Assembly: GCA_016933115.1 (NCBI GenBank)
Contig: JAFGBL010000172.1
Coordinates: 76 to 64,075, forward strand
DNA from: Bacteroidales bacterium
GTDB taxonomy: Bacteria; Bacteroidota; Bacteroidia; Bacteroidales; JAADJA01
DNA: 64,000 nt
Direction: 5' to 3'
Position 1 is the stretch's first letter, and each line of letters opens with the position of its first letter. Made by a program: the position numbers and the translations under genes. Below the pieces are notes generated by a model. The model worked only from the letters and a program-made list of their open reading frames with translations. It did no database searches and was not told the origin of the DNA. Below, in pieces: positions 1 to 10,636 of the stretch.

Positions 1-1263
1 GGCATTGGAAACATTGGCCAGGCTACGATCCGTGAAATAAAAAAGCTGATTGACCAGATAGAAAGTGCAACCGGGCAAAAATTTATCAGGATGGAAATGG
101 GCATTCCGGGATTGCCACCTTCACAAATTGCCATTGAAGCCGAGATAGAAGCTTTGCATAAAGGGGTAGCTGCCATTTATCCGGATATTTATGGAATCCC
201 CGAATTAAAAACTGAAATTTCACGTTTTGTGAAGCTGTTTCTCGATATTAATGTGAGTACCGAAGGGTGTATCCCAACTGTTGGTTCGATGATGGGCGCA
301 TTTGCATCCTTCCTCACCATCAACCGGATGTATGCCGATCGGGAGGGCACATTGTTCATCGATCCCGGGTTCCCGGTTCAAAAGCAACAGGTCCGCATTT
401 TGGGCCAGGGCCATTATTCCTTCGACGTGTATGATTTCCGAGGTGATAAATTAAAGGATAAACTGGAATCCTACCTATCAACAGGCAAAATTTCTTCCAT
501 ATTATATTCAAATCCTAACAATCCTTCCTGGATTTGCTTTACCGATAAGGAATTGCGCATTATCGGAGAATTAGCCAATAAATACAATGCAGTGGTGATT
601 GAAGATCTGGCTTATTTCGGAATGGATTTCAGGAAAGATTACTCCAGGCCCGGGCAACCGCCTTACCAGCCCACTGTAGCTAAATACACTGACAATTACC
701 TTTTACTGATCTCAAGTTCTAAGGTATTTAGCTATGCAGGTCAACGGGTAGGCATGATGGTAATTTCGGACAAGCTTTTCAATACTACAGCACCCGATTT
801 GCTCCGTTATTACAAATTTGATAAAGTTGGTCAGGCCATGATCTTCGGAACCGTTTATGCCATGAGCTCAGGAACAGCCCATACACCTCAATATGCACTT
901 GCTGCTGTTTTGAAAGCCGTAAATGACGGGAAATACAACTTTATCGAAGTGGTGAAGGAATACGGTGAAAAAGCCCGGATCATGAAAAAAATATTTACCG
1001 ATAACGGATTCAAGATCGTTTATGATAAGGATGAGGATAATCCCATCGCCGACGGATTTTATTTCACATTTTCCTATCCTGGATTTTCGGGCGATGAACT
1101 GCTTCACGAACTTGTTTACTACGGAATCAGTGCCATTTCACTGGCCATTACCGGGAGCCAAAGACTTGAAGGAATCCGTGCATGCGTTTCATTGGTAAGG
1201 CGGGATCAGTTCCCCGAACTTGAGTTCAGGCTTAAAAAGTTTCATGAGAATCATCCTTTTTAG
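1..1263 (+). CDS. PLP-dependent class I/II aminotransferase, 5'-truncated by the window edge
   Basis: The frame is open from base 1 (GIGNIGQATIREIKK...) into ORF 91..1263. It has the NPNNP, EDLAY and SSSKVFSYAGQRVG (PLP lysine) motifs. Confidence 0.88.
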   Translation, partial: GIGNIGQATIREIKKLIDQIESATGQKFIRMEMGIPGLPPSQIAIEAEIEALHKGVAAIYPDIYGIPELKTEISRFVKLFLDINVSTEGCIPTVGSMMGAFASFLTINRMYADREGTLFIDPGFPVQKQQVRILGQGHYSFDVYDFRGDKLKDKLESYLSTGKISSILYSNPNNPSWICFTDKELRIIGELANKYNAVVIEDLAYFGMDFRKDYSRPGQPPYQPTVAKYTDNYLLLISSSKVFSYAGQRVGMMVISDKLFNTTAPDLLRYYKFDKVGQAMIFGTVYAMSSGTAHTPQYALAAVLKAVNDGKYNFIEVVKEYGEKARIMKKIFTDNGFKIVYDKDEDNPIADGFYFTFSYPGFSGDELLHELVYYGISAISLAITGSQRLEGIRACVSLVRRDQFPELEFRLKKFHENHPF

Positions 1264-1434
1264 AGGTGTTTAGAGCGATATCGATTTTTAGAACCATCCC
1301 TTTACTATTTATATTCTATTTAAATTGATTTCCAAATAAGGAAAATATCCATTAACTTTTCATTTGTTTCAACTAATTTTCTTTAATTTCGTCCGTTGTT
1401 ATTTAATAAACAATTTAAAATACGTGAAAAGCTT

Positions 1435-1656
1435 ATGGCTAAAGTAATAGGTGAAATAGTAGTGGATATCGAAAGGTGCAAGGGTTGCGAAGTTTGCCTG
1501 GATGCCTGTCCGACCCAGACCATTGCTATGGTCGATGAAGTAAATGGAAAGGGCTACCATTACATGCAGAATATTCACAATGCCTGTACAGGTTGCACCA
1601 ATTGTGCGATTGTTTGCCCCGACGGTGTAATAACGGTATATAGAGTTAAAGTTTAA
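1435..1656 (+). CDS. 2x[4Fe-4S] ferredoxin, delta subunit of 2-oxoacid:ferredoxin oxidoreductase
   Basis: CKGCEVCLDACP and CTGCTNCAIVCP motifs; first gene of the oxidoreductase operon. ATG 1435 preferred over TTG 1396. Confidence 0.9.
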   Translation: MAKVIGEIVVDIERCKGCEVCLDACPTQTIAMVDEVNGKGYHYMQNIHNACTGCTNCAIVCPDGVITVYRVKV

Positions 1657-1678
1657 TAAATCAGTAATTTGATCAGAT

Positions 1679-2764
1679 ATGAAAAAAGAGCTCAGATTAA
1701 TGAAGGGGAACGAAGCATTTGCTGAAGGAGCCATTCGGGCAGGAGTAGATGGTTATTTTGGGTACCCCATCACTCCGCAGTCCGAAGTGATGGAATACCT
1801 CACCGCAGAGAAACCGCATGAAAGAACCGGCATGGTTGTTTTACAGGCTGAGAGTGAAGTAGCCTCCATCAACATGCTTTATGGTGGCGCCGGTTGTGGA
1901 AAAAAAGTAATGACTTCCTCTTCTAGTCCGGGAATTAGTCTCATGCAGGAAGGAATATCATATATGGCCGGAGCCGAACTCCCCTGTATTGTATTAAATG
2001 TAGTCAGGGGCGGGCCGGGCCTTGGAACCATCCAGCCCGCACAATCCGACTATTTTCAGGCAACCAAAGGTGGCGGACATGGCGATTACAGATTGATCAC
2101 ACTGGCTCCGTCGTCCGTTCAGGAAATGTATGATTTTGTGAAACTGGGTTATGATCTGGCATTTAAATATCGTACACCGGTTATGGTTTTATCAGATGGT
2201 GCCATAGGACAGATGATGGAAAAGGTAGAAATCGATGAGCAAATACCCAGAACACAGGATGAAGAGATCCGGAGTAAATATCCCTGGGCAACCATGGGTA
2301 AAACCCCTGACCGCGAAAGGAACATCATCACTTCCCTCGACCTTGATCCTGCAAGGCATGAAAGGCACAACCTGAAATTGCAAGCCAAATACAGGGAAAT
2401 AGAAAAAGCAGAAATCCGATTTGAAACAATTCAATGTGAAGATGCAGATTTCCTTTTTGTCGCCTATGGCACAAGTTCCAGGATATGCCAGAAATCAATT
2501 CAATTGTGTCGTGAAAAGGGCATTAAAGTAGGATTGTTCCGGCCGATCACCCTTTTCCCGTTCCCTAAAAATGATTTAAAACAGGTGGCCCGGGGATGCA
2601 AGGGTATTTTATCGGTTGAAATGAGTGCCGGGCAAATGATCGAAGATATCCGACTGGCTATTGAAGGCAGCGTTAGGTCTGAACATTACGGCAGGATGGG
2701 AGGCATCATTCCCTCGCCCATTGAAGTGGCAGAGGCGTTGGAACAAAAATTTATTAAAAGTTAA
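1679..2764 (+). CDS. vorB: 2-oxoacid (3-methyl-2-oxobutanoate-type):ferredoxin oxidoreductase alpha subunit
   Basis: KGNEA, GYPITPQSE, QAESEVA, TSSSSPG and RGGPGLG motifs. Confidence 0.9.
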   Translation: MKKELRLMKGNEAFAEGAIRAGVDGYFGYPITPQSEVMEYLTAEKPHERTGMVVLQAESEVASINMLYGGAGCGKKVMTSSSSPGISLMQEGISYMAGAELPCIVLNVVRGGPGLGTIQPAQSDYFQATKGGGHGDYRLITLAPSSVQEMYDFVKLGYDLAFKYRTPVMVLSDGAIGQMMEKVEIDEQIPRTQDEEIRSKYPWATMGKTPDRERNIITSLDLDPARHERHNLKLQAKYREIEKAEIRFETIQCEDADFLFVAYGTSSRICQKSIQLCREKGIKVGLFRPITLFPFPKNDLKQVARGCKGILSVEMSAGQMIEDIRLAIEGSVRSEHYGRMGGIIPSPIEVAEALEQKFIKS

Positions 2765-2769
2765 TTATC

Positions 2770-3561
2770 ATGGAAGAAACAATCACGAAATCCGATATCA
2801 TTAAGCCCGAAAATCTGGTTTACAAAAAAACCGACCTGATGACGGATAATGTCTTAAGCTACTGTCCGGGTTGCGGTCATGGAACAACACACAGGATCAT
2901 TATGGAGACCATTGAAGAAATGGGTGTTCAAAAGGATACCATCGGCATTGCTCCTGTCGGATGTTCTGTTTTGGCTTATGAATTTATGAATATTGATATG
3001 CAGCAGGCTGCTCATGGAAGGGCACCGGCCCTGGCGACAGCAATAAAAAGATTATTACCGTATAAAACGGTTTTCACTTACCAGGGCGATGGAGATCTTG
3101 CAGCGATAGGAACTGCAGAAACCATCCATGCTGCTAACCGGGGTGAAAATATCACCATTATTTTCATCAATAATGGAATTTATGGAATGACAGGCGGGCA
3201 GATGGCTCCCACAACCCTTGAAGGAATGAAATCATCCACCACGCCTTACGGCAGGGATTGGGAAATGATGGGGCATCCTTTGAAAATTACCGAATTACTG
3301 GCACAACTTCCCGGAACATATTTCGTATCCAGGCAGGCGGTGCATACACCGGCCAATGTAAGAAAAACAAAAAAAGCCATCAGGAATGCATTTGAGTTGC
3401 AGAAATTAAACCGCGGGATGACATTTGTTGAAGTGGTTTCCAACTGTAACTCGGGCTGGAAAATGACCCCGGTTCAGGCCAACCAGTGGATGGTTGAAAA
3501 CATGTTTCCTTTTTATCCACTCGGCGACATTAAAGTGGATGGTGAATTAGTTAAGAAATAA
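2770..3561 (+). CDS. vorA: 2-oxoacid:ferredoxin oxidoreductase beta (TPP-binding) subunit
   Basis: YCPGCGHG, HGRAPA and the GDGD...NNGIYGMTGGQ TPP motif. Confidence 0.88.
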   Translation: MEETITKSDIIKPENLVYKKTDLMTDNVLSYCPGCGHGTTHRIIMETIEEMGVQKDTIGIAPVGCSVLAYEFMNIDMQQAAHGRAPALATAIKRLLPYKTVFTYQGDGDLAAIGTAETIHAANRGENITIIFINNGIYGMTGGQMAPTTLEGMKSSTTPYGRDWEMMGHPLKITELLAQLPGTYFVSRQAVHTPANVRKTKKAIRNAFELQKLNRGMTFVEVVSNCNSGWKMTPVQANQWMVENMFPFYPLGDIKVDGELVKK

Positions 3562-3575
3562 TAAACACAAATCGT

Positions 3576-4121
3576 ATGACTGAAGAAATTATCATAGCAG
3601 GTTTTGGTGGTCAGGGCGTACTTTCCATGGGTAAAATTTTAGCCTATTCCGGCATTATGCAGGATCAGGAAGTAAGCTGGATGCCATCCTACGGGCCCGA
3701 AATGCGCGGTGGAACAGCTAATGTAACCGTTATTCTGAGTGATGAGCGTATCAGTTCGCCGATCCTGACACAATATGACACGGCCATTATCCTCAATCAG
3801 CAATCCATGGATAAATTTGAACCCATGGTAAAGCCGGGTGGATTATTGCTATATGACCCCAATGGTATAACCCGACATCCTGAAAGAAAGGATATCAGGA
3901 TTGTAAGAATTGAAGCCAGCAAGGAAGCCGCAGCACTGGGCCTGCGAAAGATATTCAATATGATTGTATTGGGAGGCTATCTTAAAGTAAAACCACTGGT
4001 TGAATTTGAAAATGTAATCCTGGGTTTGAAGAAATCTTTACCGCCGAGATACCATCACATGATACCTGATAACGAGAAGGCAATTAAGCGCGGACTTGAA
4101 ATTGTAGAAGAGGTACAATAA
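3576..4121 (+). CDS. 2-oxoacid:ferredoxin oxidoreductase gamma subunit
   Basis: AGFGGQG and SYGPEMRGG motifs. Confidence 0.9.
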   Translation: MTEEIIIAGFGGQGVLSMGKILAYSGIMQDQEVSWMPSYGPEMRGGTANVTVILSDERISSPILTQYDTAIILNQQSMDKFEPMVKPGGLLLYDPNGITRHPERKDIRIVRIEASKEAAALGLRKIFNMIVLGGYLKVKPLVEFENVILGLKKSLPPRYHHMIPDNEKAIKRGLEIVEEVQ

Positions 4122-4145
4122 AAAAATGAGCCGCAACAATCATAG

Positions 4146-4180
4146 AGCCTTCAGAGTATAATAACCTGAAGGCTTTTTTT
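4146..4180 (+). terminator. Intrinsic terminator of the oxidoreductase operon
   Basis: Stem AGCCTTCAG/CTGAAGGCT followed by a T run, about 25 bp after the stop codon. Confidence 0.8.
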
Positions 4181-4265
4181 AAAATATTTTTTTTAATTGA
4201 CAACTGAAGATTTTTTTATTAAATTTATGAGATCAAATCAAAGAACGCAATAAAAACCTAAAACA

Positions 4266-4664
4266 ATGAATATAAACTATTTATGTCCGCATTGCAATGG
4301 GTACATCGCATTGAACGACTGCTTGATTTTCTCAGTCAGGACGCCTGATTCTAAATTTGGCTTAATTTCACTTCATCCTCAACTTGGAAATTATATGGTC
4401 AGTAAAAATCCCAAATTCAGTTATAAAGAAGGGGATGAACTCGATTTTTATTGTCCGATTTGTCATACCGAATTGGCGTCGGGAGTACATCGGAAATTGG
4501 CCAAAGTGATCATGATCGATGAAGAAGGTAACCATTTTGAAGTATTGTTTTCACGGGTGGCCGGCGAAAAAAGCACCTATAAAATCATCGGAGAAACCAT
4601 GGAAATATTTGGAGACGACTCTGCCGAATATCTCGACTTCATCAATCTGACTACCATTTTTTAA
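4266..4664 (+). CDS. Hypothetical protein with two CxxC motifs (possible Zn ribbon)
   Basis: 132 aa ORF with CPHC and CPIC, in AT-rich intergenic context. Confidence 0.7.
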   Translation: MNINYLCPHCNGYIALNDCLIFSVRTPDSKFGLISLHPQLGNYMVSKNPKFSYKEGDELDFYCPICHTELASGVHRKLAKVIMIDEEGNHFEVLFSRVAGEKSTYKIIGETMEIFGDDSAEYLDFINLTTIF

Positions 4665-4777
4665 AGAATAATCACTCATATTATTCTTTCAAATAGAGGT
4701 TTTGTTCTCCGATTTTACTTTTCTTTTTTTATTAATTTAGGACTTTCATTTTTAGCATTGAAACAAAAACAAATTTT

Positions 4778-5386
4778 ATGAAAAACCTGATATTGATATT
4801 CTCGGCTTCCATTTTGCTAATTATTACAGGATGCCGGAGTTCCGACTTTGAAATCTCAACTCCAACGAATGAGGAGAATGAAGAATTGGTAAAAATAGGT
4901 AATGCCGTTTCAAATGATTTGTTGGTTTCCCTGAAAGGAGAATTAAAAAAAGCCATCGAAGAGGGCGGATTTAAAAATGCCATCGCTGTTTGCAACCTGA
5001 AAGCCATCCCAATTACCGAAATTGTAGCCAATAAAACGGACAAGAAAGTTACAGTCAAACGGACCACCTTTCAATACAGGAATCCGGCCAACGCACCCAA
5101 TGAGGCTGAAAAGCAAGCCCTGGACTTTTACATTGGAAGATTCGAAGCCAATAAAGCCATTCCCGATATTTATACTCAGAAAGTTAGTGAAAAAGGTCAG
5201 GAATACTATTACTTCTACAAACCTTTGGTAATGGATAATCTATGCCTGATGTGCCATGGAACTTCCCAAACCATGCAATCCGAGATGATGGCATTTATCG
5301 ATGAACTCTATCCAGAAGATATGGCAGTTGGCTATAAAGAAGGCGATTTCAGGGCGTTGGTTAGTATTCGGATCGATGACTTATAA
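4778..5386 (+). CDS. DUF3365/Tll0287-like lipoprotein with a c-type heme motif
   Basis: Lipobox-like LIITGC; YRNPANAP; CLMCH (CxxCH); YPEDMAVGYKEGDFR tail typical of the family. Confidence 0.8.
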   Translation: MKNLILIFSASILLIITGCRSSDFEISTPTNEENEELVKIGNAVSNDLLVSLKGELKKAIEEGGFKNAIAVCNLKAIPITEIVANKTDKKVTVKRTTFQYRNPANAPNEAEKQALDFYIGRFEANKAIPDIYTQKVSEKGQEYYYFYKPLVMDNLCLMCHGTSQTMQSEMMAFIDELYPEDMAVGYKEGDFRALVSIRIDDL

Positions 5387-5971
5387 TTCATAAAACAGGA
5401 CAAAGCTCAACACTTCATTGTACTGCCCCTGGTTCCATTTATAGGTTTGACCACTGCTGTGCGGCCTGACCGCCAAAATGGAATTTGAATATCGCACGTT
5501 GATTCTTAATCTTTCAAAAATCGAATAAAATAACCCAATATTGAAGCTAAGGTCCAAATTGTTAAACTCACCCCCACTGACCCACTCATAACCGTTTGCT
5601 TCCTCATGGCTATAAACTAATACTCCAAGTGAAAGACCGGTTTCGAGGCTGGCCCGCTCGTGAAAATCATAATTATAATGAATCGGCATTTCCACATAAT
5701 TCAACCTCAGCAAATAAGTATCATAACTGGTGGAATCAGGATTTTTCCGGCTTCCTTTCTGGATGAAATCCAACTCCATCTGCACAGAAGATCTTGGGGA
5801 GAAATGCCTATTTACGAAACCACCCAGGTACATTCCCGCTTTATTCGGCCCCTGTAACCTGTCGCCTGATATTTCAGAAGTGCTTAATCCTCCGAGTATC
5901 CCACCATGAAAATCCTGGGCCGAAATTTGAAGCGTCAAAAAAATAAAAAAAGAAAAATATATATATTTCAT
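5381..5971 (-). CDS. Outer membrane beta-barrel protein (PorT/porin-family-like)
   Basis: Signal peptide, FIQKGS and LNYVEMP motifs, alternating beta strands, aromatic C-terminal strand. Confidence 0.75.
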   Translation of the reverse strand: MKYIYFSFFIFLTLQISAQDFHGGILGGLSTSEISGDRLQGPNKAGMYLGGFVNRHFSPRSSVQMELDFIQKGSRKNPDSTSYDTYLLRLNYVEMPIHYNYDFHERASLETGLSLGVLVYSHEEANGYEWVSGGEFNNLDLSFNIGLFYSIFERLRINVRYSNSILAVRPHSSGQTYKWNQGQYNEVLSFVLFYEL

Positions 5972-6018
5972 CCGATAGGAATTAAGGGTGGTAAAGATAA
6001 ATAAGATTTGATAAACTT

Positions 6019-7848
6019 TTAGCTCTGACTATTTAACTCTTTCTGAAAAAAATCGAAAACGATTTTTCCCTTTGATTTCCCAACAGTTTCCTGAAGAGCC
6101 TCCAACGGAGCCTTTCGGATATTCTTGATCGATTTGAACTTCCACAACAATTTCTGGGCATTGTTGTATCCGATCCCTTCAATTTCAGTGAGAACCGATT
6201 TGATGGTTCCTTTTTCCATTTTTTTTCGGTGGTGCGTGATCCCAAACCGGTGTGCCTCGTCGCGTAAATACTGGATAACCTTGAGCGTTTCCGATTTTTT
6301 ATCCAGGTACATAGGCAATGAATCGCCCGGATAATAAATTTCCTCCAATTTTTTGGCAATCCCGATAATGGTGATTTTCCCTCTTAAATCAAGCTTTTCA
6401 AGACTTTTAATAGCCGAACTTAGCTGCCCTTTTCCCCCATCAATCACAATTAAATGTGGCAAAGGTTTTTCCTCAACCAATAACCTTTTGTAACGCCGAT
6501 AAATCACCTCCTCCATCGAAGCAAAATCATTGGGCCCTTCTACCGTCTTGATATTGAAATGGCGGTATTCCTTTTTATCGGGTTTACCGTTTTTGAAACA
6601 TACCATGGCCGAAACCGGGTAATCTCCCTGAGTGTTTGAATTATCAAAACATTCAATATGCCTGGGCTCCTCCTTCATCCGCAAGTCCTTTTTCATTCGG
6701 GCCATGATCCGGTTGGTATGGCGATCGGGATCAACCAGTTCCAGTTGTTTTTCCTTTTCAAGTTTATAGTATTTGCAATTCCTTTCCGAAAGCTCAAGCA
6801 ACTGCTTTTTATCACCCCGCTGTGGCACGGTGTAAGTTATTCCCGGGATAATTTCATCGGGTTCAAAAGGAACGATGACCTCTTTGGCGGTGCTTTCAAA
6901 GCGTGTATGCAATTCGAAGACTGCATGGAAAAGCAATTCCTCCCGGGTTTCATCCAGTTTCTTTTTGATTTTAACAGTATGAGATTGCACAATAGCACCA
7001 TTCACCACCCTGATGTAATTGACGTAACCTGCTTCCGGATCAGTTATAATAGAAAAAACATCCACATTATCGATTTTCGGATTGACTACCGTCGACTTAC
7101 TTTGATATTTTTCAAGTAATTCGAGTCTTTCCTTTACCACCTGTGCACGCTCGAATTGAAGTGTTTCGGCATATTCCTTCATCAATTTTCGTAACTGTCC
7201 GATCACCGAACTGATGTTGCCCTTGATGATCTCCTTGATTTCCCTGATGGTTTTATTGTATTCATCTTCTGCCTGTAATGCTTCACATGGCCCAAGACAA
7301 TTGCCAAGATGATATTCCAGGCAAACCTTGAATTTCTTCTTTTTGATATTTTCCTGAGTCAGGCTCAATTTGCAGGTTCGCAAAGGATAAAGTTGACGGA
7401 TCAGATCAAGCAAGGTATTCATCATCCTTACGGATGCATAAGGACCAAAATATTCCGATCCGTCATGGAGGACATTTCGGGTTGGGAAAACGCGGGGAAA
7501 AGGTTCATTTTTTATACATATCCAGGGAAAGGTCTTGTCATCCTTCAGCATCACGTTGTAGCGGGGCTGGTATTTTTTGATCAGGTTATTTTCGAGCAAT
7601 AAAGCATCCAACTCGGTATCCACAATGATATGTCGGATCTCCGCAATTTTTTTTACCAACACATATAACTTCCCGCTTAGCGCCGTATCTTTATTGAAAT
7701 AGGAAGTAACTCTCTTTTTCAGGTCTTTTGCTTTACCAACATATAGAATTTTACCTTCCTTATCAAAAAACTGGTAAATGCCCGGTTTGCCCGGTAAAGT
7801 CTTGATTACCGGTTCCAATTGGTCATAATATTTGTTAACAGGATTCAA
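6019..7848 (-). CDS. uvrC: Excinuclease ABC subunit C
   Basis: GIY-YIG motif (PGIYQF..YVGKAK), IECFDNS, IDGGKGQ, RDEAHRF and a C-terminal HhH. Confidence 0.97.
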   Translation of the reverse strand: MNPVNKYYDQLEPVIKTLPGKPGIYQFFDKEGKILYVGKAKDLKKRVTSYFNKDTALSGKLYVLVKKIAEIRHIIVDTELDALLLENNLIKKYQPRYNVMLKDDKTFPWICIKNEPFPRVFPTRNVLHDGSEYFGPYASVRMMNTLLDLIRQLYPLRTCKLSLTQENIKKKKFKVCLEYHLGNCLGPCEALQAEDEYNKTIREIKEIIKGNISSVIGQLRKLMKEYAETLQFERAQVVKERLELLEKYQSKSTVVNPKIDNVDVFSIITDPEAGYVNYIRVVNGAIVQSHTVKIKKKLDETREELLFHAVFELHTRFESTAKEVIVPFEPDEIIPGITYTVPQRGDKKQLLELSERNCKYYKLEKEKQLELVDPDRHTNRIMARMKKDLRMKEEPRHIECFDNSNTQGDYPVSAMVCFKNGKPDKKEYRHFNIKTVEGPNDFASMEEVIYRRYKRLLVEEKPLPHLIVIDGGKGQLSSAIKSLEKLDLRGKITIIGIAKKLEEIYYPGDSLPMYLDKKSETLKVIQYLRDEAHRFGITHHRKKMEKGTIKSVLTEIEGIGYNNAQKLLWKFKSIKNIRKAPLEALQETVGKSKGKIVFDFFQKELNSQS

Positions 7849-7881
7849 AGGACCACGATTTAACCAGGACTATAATGATAT

Positions 7882-8955
7882 TTATTTCTTTTTTCTGACT
7901 ACAGACCGTTCTCTTTTTAAAAATGCATCCCAACCCTGCGCTGTCAAAGGCACTTGCGTATTGGAGCGGGTGATCATGTTTGTTCCGGAGCTTTCTTCCG
8001 TCATGTGGCCGATCACTGAAATTTCACTTAAATCCTTGATCAATTCATAATTTTTTTGCCGAATCGTAAAAAGCAATTCATAATCTTCACCGCCATGGAG
8101 AGCGCAGGTTGAAGGATCGATGGAAAATTCCCTGGCAACAATGGCTGTGGCAGTATCGACGGGAATTTTATCTTCGTAAATATTGCAACCCAGCTTCGAC
8201 TGCTTACAAATATGTAATACTTCCGAGGCCAACCCATCTGAAATATCGATCATGGCGGTAGGTTTCACCTTTAATTCTTTTAATTTCCTTAAAACCTCAG
8301 TTCTCAATTCGGGTTTCAGTTGCCTGCCCAGGATATAATCATGGCCTTGAAGTTCGGGTTGCATTTTGGGATCTGCTTTAAAAACCTGTTTTTCTCTTTC
8401 AAGTACCATCAATCCCATGTAAGCTGCACCCAAATCGCCGGTAACGCAAATAAGGTCACCTTTTTTGGCTGTATTTCTAAAAACCAGGTCTTTCCTGCTG
8501 ACATAACCGATAGCAGTAATAGACAGGACAAGTCCTGAATTACTTGAAACTGTGTCACCTCCTACCAGGTCGACATCGTAATTGGTACATGCCAAATAAA
8601 TCCCTTTATATATTTCTTCTATCGCTTCCACCGAAAAACGGTTTGAAACCCCGATGGAAACCACGATTTGTTGTGGAATGCCGTTCATGGCAAGGATATC
8701 GGAAAGATTCACGATTACTGCTTTATAACCTATATGCTTGAGCGGTGAATAGGTCAGGTCAAAATGGGACCCTTCAAGCAACAAGTCCGAAGTAACCAAT
8801 GTATCCCGTGTGTCAAAATTTAGCACTGCAGCATCATCGCCCACACCTTTAACGGTCGTCTTATTTTTTATTTTAATGGCACTGGTCAGGTAATCAATCA
8901 ACCCAAATTCTCCCAATTCTGCCAGTTCGGTTCGATGTTGTTTATTTTCAATCAT
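7882..8955 (-). CDS. thiL: Thiamine-monophosphate kinase
   Basis: GEFGLI, GVGDDAA, NLSDILAM, DISDGL and GGEDYELL motifs. Confidence 0.96.
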   Translation of the reverse strand: MIENKQHRTELAELGEFGLIDYLTSAIKIKNKTTVKGVGDDAAVLNFDTRDTLVTSDLLLEGSHFDLTYSPLKHIGYKAVIVNLSDILAMNGIPQQIVVSIGVSNRFSVEAIEEIYKGIYLACTNYDVDLVGGDTVSSNSGLVLSITAIGYVSRKDLVFRNTAKKGDLICVTGDLGAAYMGLMVLEREKQVFKADPKMQPELQGHDYILGRQLKPELRTEVLRKLKELKVKPTAMIDISDGLASEVLHICKQSKLGCNIYEDKIPVDTATAIVAREFSIDPSTCALHGGEDYELLFTIRQKNYELIKDLSEISVIGHMTEESSGTNMITRSNTQVPLTAQGWDAFLKRERSVVRKKK

Positions 8956-9100
8956 TTATTTGTATTTTATGCCGGTAAAATTAGTAAAATTCCTTCTCCC
9001 AAAAATTGCATCAAATCAAATGAACTAACGGGCAACAAATCCCTTTAACCTTTGTTATATCAAATAAGGCATAATATATTACAATTACAAGGTTAATTTG

Positions 9101-9108
9101 TAAATTTG
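9101..9108 (+). promoter_or_regulatory. Bacteroidota housekeeping promoter -7 box for the suf operon
   Basis: TAAATTTG(CA) matches TAnnTTTG, about 45 bp upstream of sufB. Confidence 0.6.
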
Positions 9109-9154
9109 CAGCCCTATTTAAAATTTATCTAAATAAGTAGATTGAGGAAAAAAA

Positions 9155-10600
9155 ATGGGAAACGAAAACAACATATTGGATCAGGTAACACAAGGTGAAT
9201 ATAAATATGGATTTTATACGGATATAGAAACCGATATAGCCCCGAAAGGACTCAATGAAGGGATTATCAGGTTGATTTCTCAAAAAAAGAACGAACCTGA
9301 ATTTATGCTGGAGTTCCGTTTAAAAGCCTTCGAGAAATGGAAAACCATGAAACAGCCCAATTGGGCGCACCTGAGTATTCCTCCTATCGATTACCAGGAT
9401 ATCAGTTATTATGCGGCTCCGAAAAAGAAAAAAGAGATCGGCAGTCTTGATGAGGTAGATCCTGAATTGCTTGATACATTTAACAAACTCGGTATTTCCC
9501 TGGAAGAGCAAAAAAGACTCACCGGAGTGGCAGTTGATGCTGTTTTTGATAGTGTTTCGGTAAAGACCACTTTCCGCGGTACATTAGAAAAGCATGGGAT
9601 CATTTTTTGTTCCTTCAGCGAAGCCGTTCAGAATCATCCTGATCTCATAAAAAAATATATGGGATCGGTAGTACCGGCCGGGGATAACTATTTTGCAGCA
9701 CTCAATTCAGCCGTTTTTACCGATGGATCGTTCTGCTACATCCCACCGGGAGTGAGATGCCCGGTTGAGCTTTCAACCTATTTCAGGATCAATACGGCTG
9801 GGACCGGACAATTTGAAAGAACGCTGATCGTTGCTGATGAAGGAAGCTACGTAAGTTACATGGAAGGCTGTACTGCACCCATGCGTGATGAAAATCAGTT
9901 GCATGCGGCCGTCGTCGAAATCGTTGCTTTAAAAGACGCTGTAGTAAAATATTCGACTGTTCAAAATTGGTATCCCGGAGATAAAAACGGTAAAGGGGGT
10001 GTTTACAATTTCGTCACCAAAAGAGGGATGTGCAAGGGAAGCCATTCCAAAATTTCATGGACACAGGTTGAAACGGGATCAGCCATTACCTGGAAATATC
10101 CAAGTTGTATTTTACTGGGGGATTATTCGGTAGGTGAGTTTTATTCCGTTGCTGTCACCAATAACCACCAGCAAGCCGATACCGGCTCAAAAATGACCCA
10201 CATCGGCAAGAATACTAAAAGTACGATCATATCAAAAGGTATTTCAGCTGGGGTGAGCAATAACAGTTACCGTGGATTGGTAAAAATCAGCCGCAGGGCA
10301 GAGAATTCAAGGAATTTCAGCCAGTGCGATTCGTTGTTGCTGGGGGATAAATGCGGTGCACATACCTTCCCATATATCGATACACAAAACAGTTCGTCCA
10401 TTGTAGAGCATGAAGCCACTACCTCAAAAATTTCGGATGATCAGTTGTTTTACTGCCTGCAAAGGGGAATTGACACGGAAAAAGCCATTGGCCTCATCGT
10501 CAACGGATACGCTAAGGAGGTATTAAAACAGCTTCCTATGGAATTTGCAGTTGAAGCGCAAAAATTGCTTTCAATCAGCCTTGAAGGAAGTGTTGGATAA
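9155..10600 (+). CDS. sufB: Fe-S cluster assembly protein SufB
   Basis: GQFERTL, EGCTAP, NFVTKRG and HEATTSKI motifs. Confidence 0.97.
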   Translation: MGNENNILDQVTQGEYKYGFYTDIETDIAPKGLNEGIIRLISQKKNEPEFMLEFRLKAFEKWKTMKQPNWAHLSIPPIDYQDISYYAAPKKKKEIGSLDEVDPELLDTFNKLGISLEEQKRLTGVAVDAVFDSVSVKTTFRGTLEKHGIIFCSFSEAVQNHPDLIKKYMGSVVPAGDNYFAALNSAVFTDGSFCYIPPGVRCPVELSTYFRINTAGTGQFERTLIVADEGSYVSYMEGCTAPMRDENQLHAAVVEIVALKDAVVKYSTVQNWYPGDKNGKGGVYNFVTKRGMCKGSHSKISWTQVETGSAITWKYPSCILLGDYSVGEFYSVAVTNNHQQADTGSKMTHIGKNTKSTIISKGISAGVSNNSYRGLVKISRRAENSRNFSQCDSLLLGDKCGAHTFPYIDTQNSSSIVEHEATTSKISDDQLFYCLQRGIDTEKAIGLIVNGYAKEVLKQLPMEFAVEAQKLLSISLEGSVG

Positions 10601-10636
10601 TTAATAAGATTTCGAATTAAAAAAATAGAATCAGTA

